A DNA stretch of 64,000 nucleotides, from NCBI GenBank assembly GCA_023515725.1, contig JALDTO010000136.1:261321-325320 (forward strand), in the 5' to 3' direction. The stretch's first letter is position 1. Each line of letters starts with the position of its first letter. Of the stretch, positions 12,653 to 25,239 are shown piece after piece. The stretch is from Amoeboaphelidium protococcarum X5. Its lineage: Eukaryota; Fungi; Aphelidiomycota. The notes beneath the pieces were generated by a model. It was not told the origin of the DNA. It made no database searches and saw only the letters and a program-made list of their open reading frames with translations. The position numbers and the translations under genes were made by a program.

Positions 12653-13741
12653 ATGGCACCGGATAATTTAAACACTGAATAATTGAAGCAAGAAATCAGA
12701 TACGAGCTGAAGCGAATTAAGTATCCTATCACTTTAGATGATTTCATTTGGAAAACCATTGTGCTTCAGGACGTTAATGGACCGTGTCCACTGATTTCAA
12801 TTGTGAATTACCTAGTGATTACGGATAGATTTGAGTTTAAGGATGAACAATTAAAGCGTGGTGTCAGTAATTTAGAGTTATACGAGGTTATTATTCAGCG
12901 AAAGTATTCTAATCAGTCAGTTATTATTGATGTTGATGCTTCCATAATGTTCTCCGCTGAAACACTAAGTTAAGGTTTGCATGTTAATCCTGATATATAC
13001 AATGTGAGTTGCTTCGAGCCAACTAATGAAATTAAATTCTTTTAATCTCTTGGTGTAAAGGTTGTTCATGGTTGGCTTATTCCTAAATGTGGTGGTCTTG
13101 ATCAAAAGTCCTTCTTGTTCTATGATGAGGCCACTATGATGATTGTACAAGGCCAGGATGCTGAAGAAAAGTTACAAAAACATTACGGCATCTCTTAGTA
13201 AGTTGAAGATGGTAAATAAGATGCTTTACAAGCTCTGACTGATGAGCAGATTGAATCGTGTGAGTCCTAAGTGAAGTTGGCTCACATCGTACAAATTGCA
13301 CTTGATGCATCACGGTCTTAAATCACGGTTGAAGGCATATCTGAGCTTTTGCAATCTTTACAGCCTTTTGAACCAGCTGTATTATTTAGGAATAATCATT
13401 TCTCGATTATAGTTAAAGTTCCCATTCCAGGATAGGATGAGGAATGTAGATTGATCAATCTAGTCACAGATGCTGGGTATCGTGAGAGTGATATAGTGTG
13501 GGAAGCCATCATGACCGAAGATGGTGACACTCAGTATTTAGATCATCGTCTAATTCCTATTAATACGTTCAAATCTGTACAGAGTTTATCGGAGGAGGAG
13601 CAGGATAGGATTATCGCGCAAGAGCTGGCTCAACGCGAATAAGATCAGTATCAGGCTGAGTAATAGAGGCGTGCTAGATAGAATCAACAGAGTCAGTCGG
13701 CAACCTCCTCCAATAAACGCGATAAATGTTCAGTGATGTGA
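12653..13741 (+). CDS. MINDY1/2-family deubiquitinase with C-terminal CaaX
   Basis: QDVNGPCPLISIVN, VVHGWL, LFRNNHFS, LVTDAGY, MIU-like QDRIIAQEL; ends DKCSVM-TGA. Confidence 0.92.
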
Positions 13742-13836
13742 TGAAATAACTTAAAAGTAGAACCATAGCTGCAATCAAAACATTTCTATTTCTATTTTCT
13801 CTTTAAATCAAATTTGTTCTAGACCAACCGGAGTGA

Positions 13837-15006
13837 TCAAACATTGTTCGTTGCGGCAGGCTTAGACTCCTCAGAAGGTTGTGGCATTTCAGTGCCGTCA
13901 TAGTTTCGCTTGTAATATTTATCAAAATCGTCAGTTGTCTGAATCTTTGCTGCGGTGTACAGCTCCTTCTCAGGTAGGATATTCAACATTGCAATTTCCA
14001 CAATGAACACTGCGACTCGCGTCAGAGCCAGCGAAGCCACTAGATTAACAAGCAACGCCATGAAATCAAATTTCCCAATAGATCCAGTCTACTACACTAC
14101 AATTCTCAAACCATGACGGTTTGCGATAGTGATGGTATTACCATTAGCATTGTACAGAGGTTCTTGCCATTTGAATTCAGTCTAATCAACAGGTTTAACC
14201 TGGTAGGTGTACTTCAACTCACTAGGATTTGACTCACGTACACCATAATTGATGTAAATGATAATCACTTTCCCGTCAAAACGAATAGTTGACGAAGTAC
14301 CTGGTGCAAGACTTGACTGATCAAGCCCCTGTGATCCCAGACCGGCAGCTTGAATTATTTCAGCCAAAGTGACAATATCTCCGGGAGAGTTGACATCAGC
14401 AGGAAACTCCTTGATGACATTTCCATTCTAATCAACCAACTTACCCGGCATCTACTAGGTACGTTAAGCAACTCCAGTCTCTTTACCCAGTACCACATGA
14501 TCAATAAGCATGGTATAAGATTCAATATCAGCAATGTAATACGGAGTAGACGGTTGTGCTGTGGCAAGACAGCTAGGATCTGTAGGTGGAAGATTCTGCG
14601 CAATCGAAGGCGATGCACAACCAGGAGGATAAGTGAGGTTAAAAAGACTCACTCTGGTGGTTGCCAGCAATGAACCATCTTCCAGAGTTGGAGCAACGAC
14701 ATCACTTGGCAGGTAGGCGCATCTAACAGAAGTGCTGCAATAAGTCAACTGAGAAGGCGACTTGATTGTACTCGGAGCCTTCAAGTTCATACGCACACTA
14801 CCAGAAGACGGCGGTTCAATGCTCAGGTATTTCTGATTCAAAATTATGGATATTATGATATACAGGAAGATTGCCAACGTGGATACATAGTAGAAGGCAC
14901 CCAGACGCGCATCTCTGATCTTTACAATCTTGATCGTGGAATATGCAAGAGCATCATCCCAATCGGCAATGCCAAGTTTCTCCTACAACTCGTTTATGAA
15001 TCCCAT
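13837..15006 (-). CDS. P2X purinergic receptor (ATP-gated channel)
   Basis: YSTIKIVKIRDARLG, TM1, HGLRIVVQQTGSIGKFDF, TM2, ELYTAAK; 389 aa; TGA stop. Confidence 0.9.
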
Positions 15007-15517
15007 ATTCAATGTTTATCTCAAGTGTATATTGTGAAAGGTGTACAATAGCAGAAATGGGTTTCATATTTATATATACTTAGCCTGTTGTTATCGACAA
15101 GGTCACCAACTGTCAGTCACCATACCAACAAATTACCGGATCTATTCAGCTAGTCGTCAAGTCAATCAATGAGACTGTCGCTGAAATCACACGCGTTTCA
15201 ACACCCGAGTACTGTATATAAGTATTGCATTCTATAATTGACCATGTAATAAAATAGCTGCGTATTATCCATAGCATTTTAGTCCTCATTATGATCCACT
15301 GAAACGTGCTGATGATTTGATACGATTGATGCTACTAAATTAGCGGTCGACCTGAGAACACTGCATGCAACATATGCACCAAGCTCTGCAAATCTCAAAC
15401 TCGGATCATCTCCTCGTTCTCAAAGAGAACTTCCACTTCAAAGCGACAGGTTAAACTCACACCCCTTGTCCAATTTACAAATTAAATTACATAAATAAAT
15501 AAAGTGCAACTTACTAT

Positions 15518-16405
15518 ATGAAACTATTCGTGGGATTGAGAGCACACCGCAAGTCAGTCACGTAAAATGAGGATTCACTGCGGACGATTGTTTCAAAGGT
15601 GGAGAGTTGTGTTGGGCATTTATCAGATGTCTTTGTACAGTTGAAAGATTATGCTTTAAATGTGATGTTGTATATAGCAATTGATGGAGCAGATTTAAAA
15701 CTTTATGAAGCTCTCTCTACGATGAGTACATCCACCGGAATACAATGTACAGTGATCAAAGTCTTGCCGTTTGAAAGTAGTGTATTTACTCCGGCTCTAA
15801 ATCAGCTGCTCAATCACGCATTGTTATCAAAGTGTCAACTGATCTATTATCAAAGTTTGGAAGTTGAAATCACACCCCGTGGCCTGTTGCAACTCATCAA
15901 CTGCGTATAAGAGGACAGTAAAGTTCTCTGTTGTGGTGCGGCTCTGAGCGGTCATGAATATCTCGATTCAGTAGGATCAAGTCATAACGTACAATTCAAG
16001 GGAACCACTATACCATGGAATACTTGTTGCGTGTGGAATGTCGCGAAATTGGGAATAACCGGTTTTCTACCCGTCTCTGATGGTCATCTCTAGGTGTTGC
16101 AATGTAGTTAATAAGGCGATAATAACACGCTGCAACACGTGTCCAGCGAAAGACTAATAGGAATGGGCGGCATAGAAGAAGGTAGTGTTATTGCTGTGCA
16201 TCATCGCCTAAATCAATCAATCGCCGTTCTGAAGAATTTGGCGCCGACAGACGTTTCATGGAACACTGGGAGTTTTGGCTCTGATTAGACGCGCGTAAAG
16301 TATCACCAAGACAAGATGGCAAGCAAGAATGAACGTCTTAGAATCCATTTGAAAGTTCTAGGCATAAGCGAAGATTAGTTATCAAACGCCGTTAGACACT
16401 AATGA
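15518..16405 (+). CDS. hypothetical protein of unknown function (295 aa)
   Basis: continuous frame with TAR=Gln; motif-like blocks FTPALN, QSLE, GAALSGH, PWNT, GGIEE, HQDKMASKNER; ends TAA TGA. Confidence 0.75.
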
Positions 16406-16469
16406 TAGAATAAATCCAGCGATTGTCAGTAAAAGAACGGTCAAGTATGAAAATTGTAAAAGTATTCAT

Positions 16470-17399
16470 TTACATCAATGAGCAAAACGAATCATCACTC
16501 CATCTGTCTAAACCCCCATTCTTACGCCTTATTTGTTCAATCAATCGATAATCTTCGGGACATATAGTTCCCATCTAAGGCATCTTTGTCCACAATGACT
16601 ATGCTCTCCTTGAATGGAAATAGTAATCTTGAGTTGCATCGTGTCTAAGAATAATTTTAATCTACTCATCAGTTTCCATATCGATTAAAGACGCGTTAGT
16701 CACGCCTCTGACTTTATTAAGGATGGGCAGCGACGTGGCGGGATGACACTTGAGGAATCCACTAACATTGTAAACTTTATCTCTTACAATCAGCCAGCAA
16801 GAATGTTCATGATTATGAGTAGCAATTTCTTTCAAGGATAACTGCTACTTCACAACTATAGAATCAGCATTATATGAGACTTTATTAAATAAAGGTAATA
16901 GCCATTAATTTTTATTATTATGATGAGCGGCAGTAGATCTTTAATTAAAGTCCACAGATTTGGAATATTCTTTACGATCCAGCATTGATCCATTCCGCCT
17001 TTATTTCGGCGATAGTTAAATCTAGCACTATATATGTGGTGCTTAATCATCTTGCTTATGCAAAGACACCAAGTCAGCGGTCTAATTCTTGGTTGACAAC
17101 GTCGGAGCTGATTAAGATGCGACTTGCGAATGGATACACAAACAATCTCTCGGATGGGATATGAGCGGACAATCCGCAAATCCTTTCACATCATTAGATA
17201 GTTATCTCGTGCATCGCCTATTGGAATCAGTTTTGGTAGAATTTTTATTGTTATTACTGAGCCGCCTACTAGGTAAATCTTCAATATCCTCAATCATGAC
17301 TATATGTCTATTAAAGTGTGCGAATATAAAAGAGAAACGCTCATTTTGAAAATCACTGATCGCAGGCAAGAAAACTTCCTTTTAGCATCTGCTGCCCAT
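16470..17399 (-). CDS. cytochrome b5-like heme-binding domain protein with C-terminal CaaX
   Basis: EIATHNHEHSCWLIVRDKVYNVSGFLKCHPA...DATQDYYFHS; ends DDSFCSLM then TAA 16470-16472; start uncertain. Confidence 0.75.
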
Positions 17400-17787
17400 T
17401 CACACGTTTCTAATTATTCTGGGATCACTAACTTGAGTGCGTTTATCACGTCATTTTTTGCATTCATTTAATTTTTTTCTCTATACAATACACCATATAT
17501 CAAGTGTACAGTGAAAATGGATTGAATTTATTTGTTTCACATGATGTATTTAAGAAGTTGAGTGTCACTTGTTAGTGGCTCATTGGCGTCTGTTAGTTTT
17601 GGACTTACGTACATAAGACACCCACATAACACTATTTATGGGCTTGTCATGTATTAGGATAATGCTTCTTTATATTTGTCTCAACAACCAGAAGGTATTT
17701 GGAAGCCTCATAATAAACCACACGCCAAGTCAGTTTCTCGCTTGTTTTCTAACGCCTCTTCCCACACATTTAGATCAGTTGAATACA

Positions 17788-18489
17788 ATGTCTACATCTA
17801 CTACTTTAAGTTTATCAGTTCTAGTACTATCATTGCTCTTATTGATGTATCCTTTTGTTTAAATACTGCTTTATGCAGTCAAACATGGTCACAATGCCTT
17901 GGCAATATGGAACTATACCTCTGTCACGCTGAGTCGCTATTATCCACGCGTAATTATAAGTGGTTTAAGTTCAATTCTTCGAATGTGGTTCCGCTTAAGT
18001 AAAGATTTATTTGAAAGTGATGTACACTGCGTATAGTCTGTCATATTCAGTCGCGTCCTGTTGGTGAATGCTAATCCATACTCCAAGTCGGCAATGATGT
18101 TTGTCACGCGTCTGCATTACAATCAGTCGACTGAAACTGGTAATTGTCATGTTGTGCTCCGTGCTCTACCCACCGACGTGTCATCCAGTATTGGTAATCC
18201 GTTTAAAAGTGTCCATGCCGCTTGTATTGCGTTATTGGGTGAAACTTGCTGTGGATTGGCCTTATTCACCACTCTGGATAGGAAGTCTCGCTGCATAGTC
18301 AGTCAACTCAATACTGAGTACTATGCTAAATCGAGAGGTATTGTTCATGCGGTTTGCTCCGTGAAAAAATTGCAATAAAGTGGATAGTTGGAAGTTGTTT
18401 GCGTTATTACATCGTAATCTCGGGAAAGTGATGTTTAACAAAAGGTTGCTAAATGTACAACTGTTTGGGAATTGAAGGTTGACTAATGA
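17788..18489 (+). CDS. PaaI/hotdog-fold thioesterase (DUF4442-like) with N-terminal TM
   Basis: NPFKSVHAACIALLGETCCGLA, EYYAKSRG; ends TAA TGA; alternative in-frame ATG at 17638. Confidence 0.8.
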
Positions 18490-18649
18490 CTTCTTGATTA
18501 TATAATGTCCGTAGATCGTATCTCCTACCATCACAATATAATACAATTTCAAATTTTGGTCACCTGTACAAAGTAAAACTTTGACTATAATTAATCACGA
18601 CATTTCAATTCCTAAGTCACTCATTATTAGTTGGCTATCAATCAGCAAA

Positions 18650-20332
18650 TCAATGTTTAGCCTTCTTCTTGGCAGGACTCTAGCCATCAACTTCTGCAGA
18701 GTGGCCATTAGCAAATTAACTCTCAGTCACTCCTTTACCCATGGCGGCAGTGGAAGCCACACCTCCCTGCACCACCTTGATCATCTCATCGTAGTAGTTG
18801 GCGCCACTCCACTTCTAGTGCTGCAAAGTCTCGACTCCATTCTCACGCTCCTTACGCTGAATGCCTTCCACGTAAGCCAACATTCCGCGCTTAGCATAGT
18901 CTCTTGCAAACAGATCCACACCCAGAGCATTAGAGTGGAATCCACCCAGAGTGATAAACTGCCACACAATGCCCAGCTTACCCAGATCCTTAATGAATGT
19001 CTCAATCTGCTAGTCATTCATACCGGCAGCATCCCAATTGAAAGACGGGGAGAGATTGTACGCCAACATCTTATGAGGATTCTTTGCCAGGACACCAGCA
19101 GAAAACTCTTGTGCCTGCTCAAAGATCGGCTTCTTGGTCTCCATCCACAGCAAGTCACCATACGGTGCAAATGCATTAGCACGGTTGATAGCACACTTGG
19201 TACTTCCCTGGTAGCGATAGTATCCCTCACGTGTGCGCGGAGTGTCCCAGTTCCACTAAACTTCCACATTCAGCAATGACTTTGCCAATTTGCGAGCATC
19301 AGCATTAGATAAGCCAGCCGATTAAGTGTTCCATTTGGTGATCAAATCATTCACATTAGCCTGCTTGCTCTACTTGGCAGCCTCCACCACAGCCTCACCG
19401 AAAGTCTTCAGACCAGCCTACTCAATCCACTTGTCTTCAACAGCCTACAAGTCAGCACCAGACTTTCCTTGCTATTCAGCCTCGTTCATCACCTGGACCA
19501 GAGAAGGCAATTGTGTGTTGGTTGCACCAATGATAAATGCGTGATCACGATAGTCAATGTTGGAAGTCAACAACGTGGCAGCCTCGGAGTCAGTTCTTGC
19601 AACCAGAATAGTCTCAACACCCATCACATCCAACTACAGACGCATAGCCACCAGACGATTGATGTGCTCAGAGATTGGGACCAATACTTTACCAGCCATG
19701 TGACCACACTTCTTGGTGCCAGCAGCCTGATCCTCGATGTGCATACCAGAGGCACCACGCTCCACCATCATCTTGGCCAACTTCATATTAGCAGTGATAC
19801 CACCATGACCAGTATCTGCGTCGGCAACAATAGGACGCAGGAAATCAATTGGCTACTGCTTAGCTCTCTCCTCCTTGCTCAGAGACATGCGATCTTGAAA
19901 CTGCTTACGGTCATGAAACTACTGAGCCAGCCACAGATGTTCAACCTTGTTTGGTACAGTGTCCATAGGATAGTCAGCCAAATCTGGGCCAGGCTCATTG
20001 GAAGTAGATGCAGTGGATGAACACTACCAACCACTAACGTACACAGTTTCAATATACTTGGCCATCTGAGCAACCTGGATAGGATCCAGTGCACCGAAAG
20101 TGTGACTTGCAGTCTTATTAGCATGATGCTACTTCAGCAAGGACCACAGCTTCTTTGCCTGAGTGTTGGATGCATACTCCTACTTGAATGTGCCTCTCAA
20201 CTTGGCAACCTACTCTGCAGTATACGGACGCTTGATACCCTTGAATCTATCAGATTCCCACCACTTTTTAATCTGAGACACCTATTCATGGAAAGCCTTC
20301 TCCTCCTACTCAACGTACTTATTAGTAGCCAT
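18650..20332 (-). CDS. ICL1: isocitrate lyase (long, fungal/plant type)
   Basis: [47 protein letters not shown]; ends AKKKAKH-TGA. Confidence 0.97.
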
Positions 20333-20855
20333 TATTAAAAAATCACTTGATGGATAAAAGATAGAGTAATGTTATATCTTGTATTTACCAAACGGACCAG
20401 AAAGTGTTGTTGTAACAAGGAAAGAAGAGAAAGTCGGTCGGAAATCCTGTCAGTTTCAGTTCAGTTTCAACGGCCAAAGGGACAGTTGTTGATCCCGCGA
20501 GGAGAGATTGGCCGACTACGACGTCGTTCTCTCGACACTAGATCAACTAGTTTTCAATTCGTCAAATTCATACCGGCTATATCACGCAGCGTGAGAGTTA
20601 TATGAGTCATTTGTTTCACTTATTTCACTTGAATTTACGGCCATTAAGTCATCCAAACCTTATTGATCATCACGCGTGCTGATGTTTGTCAGAACTCCCT
20701 TAATTATGAAAGTAGTTTGTTGATTAGCTTAAGTACTTTGGAGAAGAATTATAAAATTTGAGGTTACGCGTACAAAAAGACTTTATTTGCACAGTAAGCT
20801 AATAATTGCAATTCAGGAATCAATAAAACTTCATAAACATTATTCAAACATATAA

Positions 20856-21329
20856 TCATTCTTCAGTAGCATTATTAAGTGTTGTAGTGTACTTCTTTAT
20901 ATTCTCATCTTTGACAATGCTAGATATTTTAACAGCAGGTGAAAATTACATTCCCAGGTTCTAAAGTACTCGATTGACACGTAGATCAAAATTCCACGCA
21001 TTGATGTACCGTCGCCCCTTAAATAGTGACAGGAATCTGCTGATGGAGAAGAATGCATCTGGCACTACATGATCCTCAGCTCCACTCTATTAGGTCCATT
21101 TAGCAGAATTAATGACTGATGCAAACGTGGAGGTGGATGGAGTCGTCCTAGTAGACGGACACGTCGGCCCAGTCCATAATATGATCAGGAGTAGGATGAA
21201 CGTACAGATGAACATACAAGACTCGAAGGAATAGTCTTTTGATGGTGCAAAATATGGCCTTGTCCGCCTGTCAATATAAGAATAGTATCCAAAATATATA
21301 CAAGCAATTAGAGTGGTACAAAGTAGACC
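20856..21329 (-). CDS. hypothetical membrane protein, last exon only; 5' structure unresolved
   Basis: about 157-codon open frame with two hydrophobic stretches ending EE-TGA; preceded by a possible GTAAG...TTTGTAG intron. Confidence 0.35.
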
Positions 21330-21591
21330 TACAAATCATAATACCGTTGCTTAAACTGAATGCTTCGAATTTCGATATCTTACATTGCCAATACTATTTC
21401 TACTGACGCAATAATCCTTATTGATGCAATAGCCTCTATTCAAATATTCGTAAATCATCTAGTTTTTATTTTTATTTCATGGAGTATGTTAACGTCATTA
21501 CGTAAATTTATATGCTGGTTTAAAACTGGTTTATTGAAGTGGAAGAAGAGGATTTTTCTCTAACGAATCACATTTAATCACTTCAAATGAG

Positions 21592-22512
21592 TCAAAAATC
21601 ATCTTTCAATTACTCAAGGTGCTCCATCATCATCAGTTTCAAGTCGCGCCAGTATAAAGTTTAATTTCTGAGGTATTGCGTATGTGATTCGATCAGCTCA
21701 ACTTCATCAATGTCCTCTCCCAGTTGAGGATTTCTTACACTGCACAAGGCCTCGCGCAAAACTTGTCTCTTGATTTCTTCTTTTGTACGAGGTTATGAAC
21801 TTTTCTTCTATGCATTGGCTATCTACTCCTTAATGAGATGTTTATAGTCCAACAGATTGCAATTGAGTATTTTCTCAAGGTCATACTGTATCTTATGAGC
21901 ATAAGAACTTTATACAGACGCGACATAAGCGTCGATCAACTTGTAACAGCTGTCTAATTCTCGTCTGAGATCTTTCGCAACCATCTGCATGTCTTCAGAC
22001 CTTTTATTGATAAGGATTTGCTTGGTATCCACAGACTAATTCGAGATATATTGTTATTTTCGATCAACATGAGATTAATTGAATTAAACAAAGTTCCTCT
22101 GATTATCCAGGCAATGAACATCGTTAACCAGTTTCAACAACGTGTCATCTTGATATTTAAAACTGCCTGCTCCAGGTCGGCTCGGTAAGTTTTGTCGAGT
22201 GGACGCGTTTTAACTGGACGCCAAGACAGCATGAGTTAATTCAAACAAAATATCTACCAACATTTCAACGTGCCTAGGATCACCTCTTAAAATTAAGTTA
22301 ACATCAATATGATCCAAGTTCTCTTTTAATAACATGCTGAGCATATCCAGCTGGTTGCTCATCATATACTCACTCACACTCTCAATATCAAAACTTGAAT
22401 CCGTACCAGTGATACAGCATAAAATATCGTATACTAAACCAATAGTACTCTCCTCCGTGTAACACAGTCCAAATAACTGACACAAATACTCCAGCTTCTA
22501 CAAATAGCTCAT
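21592..22512 (-). CDS. hypothetical protein with possible DUF5745/CEP95-like N-terminal domain
   Basis: 306-aa open frame; LSMLLKENLDHIDVNLILRGDPRHVEMLVDILFEL resembles the DUF5745 pattern; helical C-terminus. Confidence 0.55.
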
Positions 22513-22763
22513 AATTATGTTCCGTCTATCGGCCTAACAATGACTGTAAATTAAAGACTATGGACAGAATAATCCTGTTTACAGTGCTGTAGATTGAATA
22601 GAGTAAAGTTCAAACAATTCCGAAAGTTTCAGAGCGAGAGAACGAAATACCAACTCATCAATTCTGTACTGTAATCTTTTTTAGTTAGCAACCTCTGATC
22701 ATAATTATCACAATTGGTCGATTTCATTGTAAAAATTTAATTGGCAAATTTATAAGTGACTAG

Positions 22764-23711
22764 ATGATGAAGGATTATTACGATATACTGGGTGTGCATA
22801 AAACTGCCACTAGCGAAGAGATTAAAAAGGCGTATAAGGAACTCGCTTTATATTATCATCCTGATAAGAATGTGGGTAATGGCGAAGATACTCGTACTCA
22901 GTTCCAACAGGTATCGGAAGCTTATGAAGTGCTGCGTGACCGTGAGCTGCGATCGAGATATGATATGTATGGACATGAAGGTATTAGGTAGACTAACAAC
23001 TCGGCTGGCGGCAATCCCTCGTAATAATCCTCATCTTAGTTCCAACCTCCTCAGTTTAATCCCGCTGGTGGTAATTTCTCTGCATTTTAAATGCCTCCAT
23101 TCAATTAGCAGCGCCCACCTAGTATGTTCACTGCCAGTGGATCTAGTGGATTTGGTCTTAATTTCAATCAGTTTGACAGTATCTTTGATCATGCTTTTGG
23201 TCCTAGTCGCTTTATGGATCCAGAGGAACTGTTCCGACAAGAATTTGCATAACATCACGATATCCTGCATCAGAGTATGTTTAATCAAGTGCCAATGTTT
23301 AATAACACGTTCGCTGCCTCTAGTGGATTCTTTAACCCATAATTCATGCAAGGCTTTGGTGATCATGGTCAACTAAATCGATTGCAGTTTTAAGCAGCAT
23401 CTATTGGTACAAGGAATGGAACGTAAACGTAATCTTATTCTTCATCGTCACAAGTTTAGACTCATACCAAGATTGTCAATGGCCAACTGCAGTACTCTGA
23501 AAAGACTGTCATTGATCCCAATGGAGTTAAAACTATTGAAAAGACGTATGCTGATGGACGGTTTGAGCGAAAGGTGTTCTAGAATGGTAATCTGATTGAG
23601 AGTAGTTCTCAGTAATAGCGACAATAGATTCAGGATGGAGGATCTTAAGCATCATCATCATCATCATCATCATCTATTCCCATTAAGCGCATAGATATCG
23701 ATCGTTAATGA
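22764..23711 (+). CDS. DnaJ/Hsp40 class B chaperone
   Basis: J-domain [27 protein letters not shown]-rich region; ends IDR TAA TGA. Confidence 0.92.
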
Positions 23712-23824
23712 AGAATATAAGATTGCATCAATTGGATTATACTCAGTAATGAACAATTAGTTATGGGGCAGTTGCAACAAGTGTTTTCAATATAATTAGA
23801 ATCAATAAAACTAGGTAATTTAAA

Positions 23825-24955
23825 TCAATCAGGTTTACTCTATTTCTACCACTCGGTCAAGTAAGCAGTGAACAGTTTCTCTGCATATTCAGAATCTTGA
23901 CTCAAAATTTCAATCATCTTTGATATAAACTACTCTTTAGTCAGAGGTTGAAGTGGAGCAGAGTTGGCACTTTTAAATTCAGACACTGAAGTCTTTGGTG
24001 ATAATTTGGATGCAGACGCCTTCAACACAGACGATGGGATATTGGACAACTTTTTCGGTTTAGGAGTAGATATTGTTGGTGCTGCCTTAGTAGACGCATT
24101 ACCACTCGAAATTTGTGCTTGATTCAACTCTGCAAACAGCTACTCTGGCAATTAAATAGTTGAATATGATTATTACTTTAACTACTATTCCTACTACTAC
24201 TACTCGGCATAGATTGGCTAATCTGCTGAAGATGAAGTCTTCTTCCTTCTTCTAGGAGTCTCTGGCAGCAGGAAATCAGAACCATTTTGCTGTAATGATG
24301 ATGAGGCAGAGGTGGACTCTACAATAGCAGATTTTGGTCTAATCATATTCATCAACATTGTCGAAGCATCCTCTTGAGCACTAGGATTCTATTTCTAGTA
24401 TTATTATTATTACTGTTCCTAAACCGAATCAGATTACGGCCTCATTATTAAATCTTTCAAATACTGTTCAGCCTCCACAGTGGTACCAAATGATTATCGA
24501 CCATGTTATTGTAACTATGGCTCCAAAGACTAATCATACAGACAGAATAATTTCAAATAATCAAAAAGCTTGGTACAATCTTATAACTCTTGTATGTATA
24601 AACCATAAATACGCACACCATCCTGGAATATCAGCATTTACTTATCTCCACCGCTGGAATACTGATTAAACTTCACCCGGGGATGAAGAGTGGTGGTGAA
24701 GTTCTCAGGTCCCAATCTATTCAACAGAACCAATCCATAGAATGGCTCCACACTCCTTTTGACCAAAAATAGGATGCCCTCACAATTTCTCTTGACAATA
24801 TCATTCTTCTTAGCGTCATACTCATATAGAGTGGCATTGGTGCACTTGTCCACAATGTCCATAATCTACAAATCTATTCTATTCAGAGTGGACATGTTAA
24901 CCTTATGAGCAATCTCAGCCTTGGACGGTGACTTTAAAGAGGTGACCTAATTCAT
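23825..24955 (-). CDS. DCP1: mRNA decapping enzyme subunit 1
   Basis: VNMSTLNRID, LYEYD, EGILFLVKRSVEPFYGLVLLNRLGPENF (EVH1 domain); Gln-rich linker; C-terminal FAEKLFTAY-like helix. Confidence 0.88.
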
Positions 24956-25239
24956 AATACAACAACTTTTAATAATTCTTGATAAAATTTAAAAATATTT
25001 TGAAATGAATAGGTGTAATCTTCTTCAAGTATATAGAATTTCCATATAGAGTACAATTAACTGCTTGGGAATGAAAGAGGAACGACAGACGAAGAGCCAA
25101 ATAGGACGAGCGCCTTCTTTTAATGGGCTTCGATAATTGAAAGTCGACAACGGCACTAAAGTGATATTATTAAATGCAAATATGAAGTAAAATTCAAGTT
25201 TAGTAAGATGGAATGATAAATAGATAATTTCAACCGCAA

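Noticed and set aside
18581-20338. Long + strand ORFs (232 aa, 183 aa) in the track; likewise 31299-31925 and 28219-28701
   Set aside because: Antisense shadows of ICL1, LRR-PP2C and eRF1
24170-24420. Runs of tandem 'stop' triplets / (TAC,TAT)n microsatellites (also 39555-39580, 11805-11820)
   Set aside because: Ordinary poly-Gln tracts encoded with TAA/TAG on the minus strand
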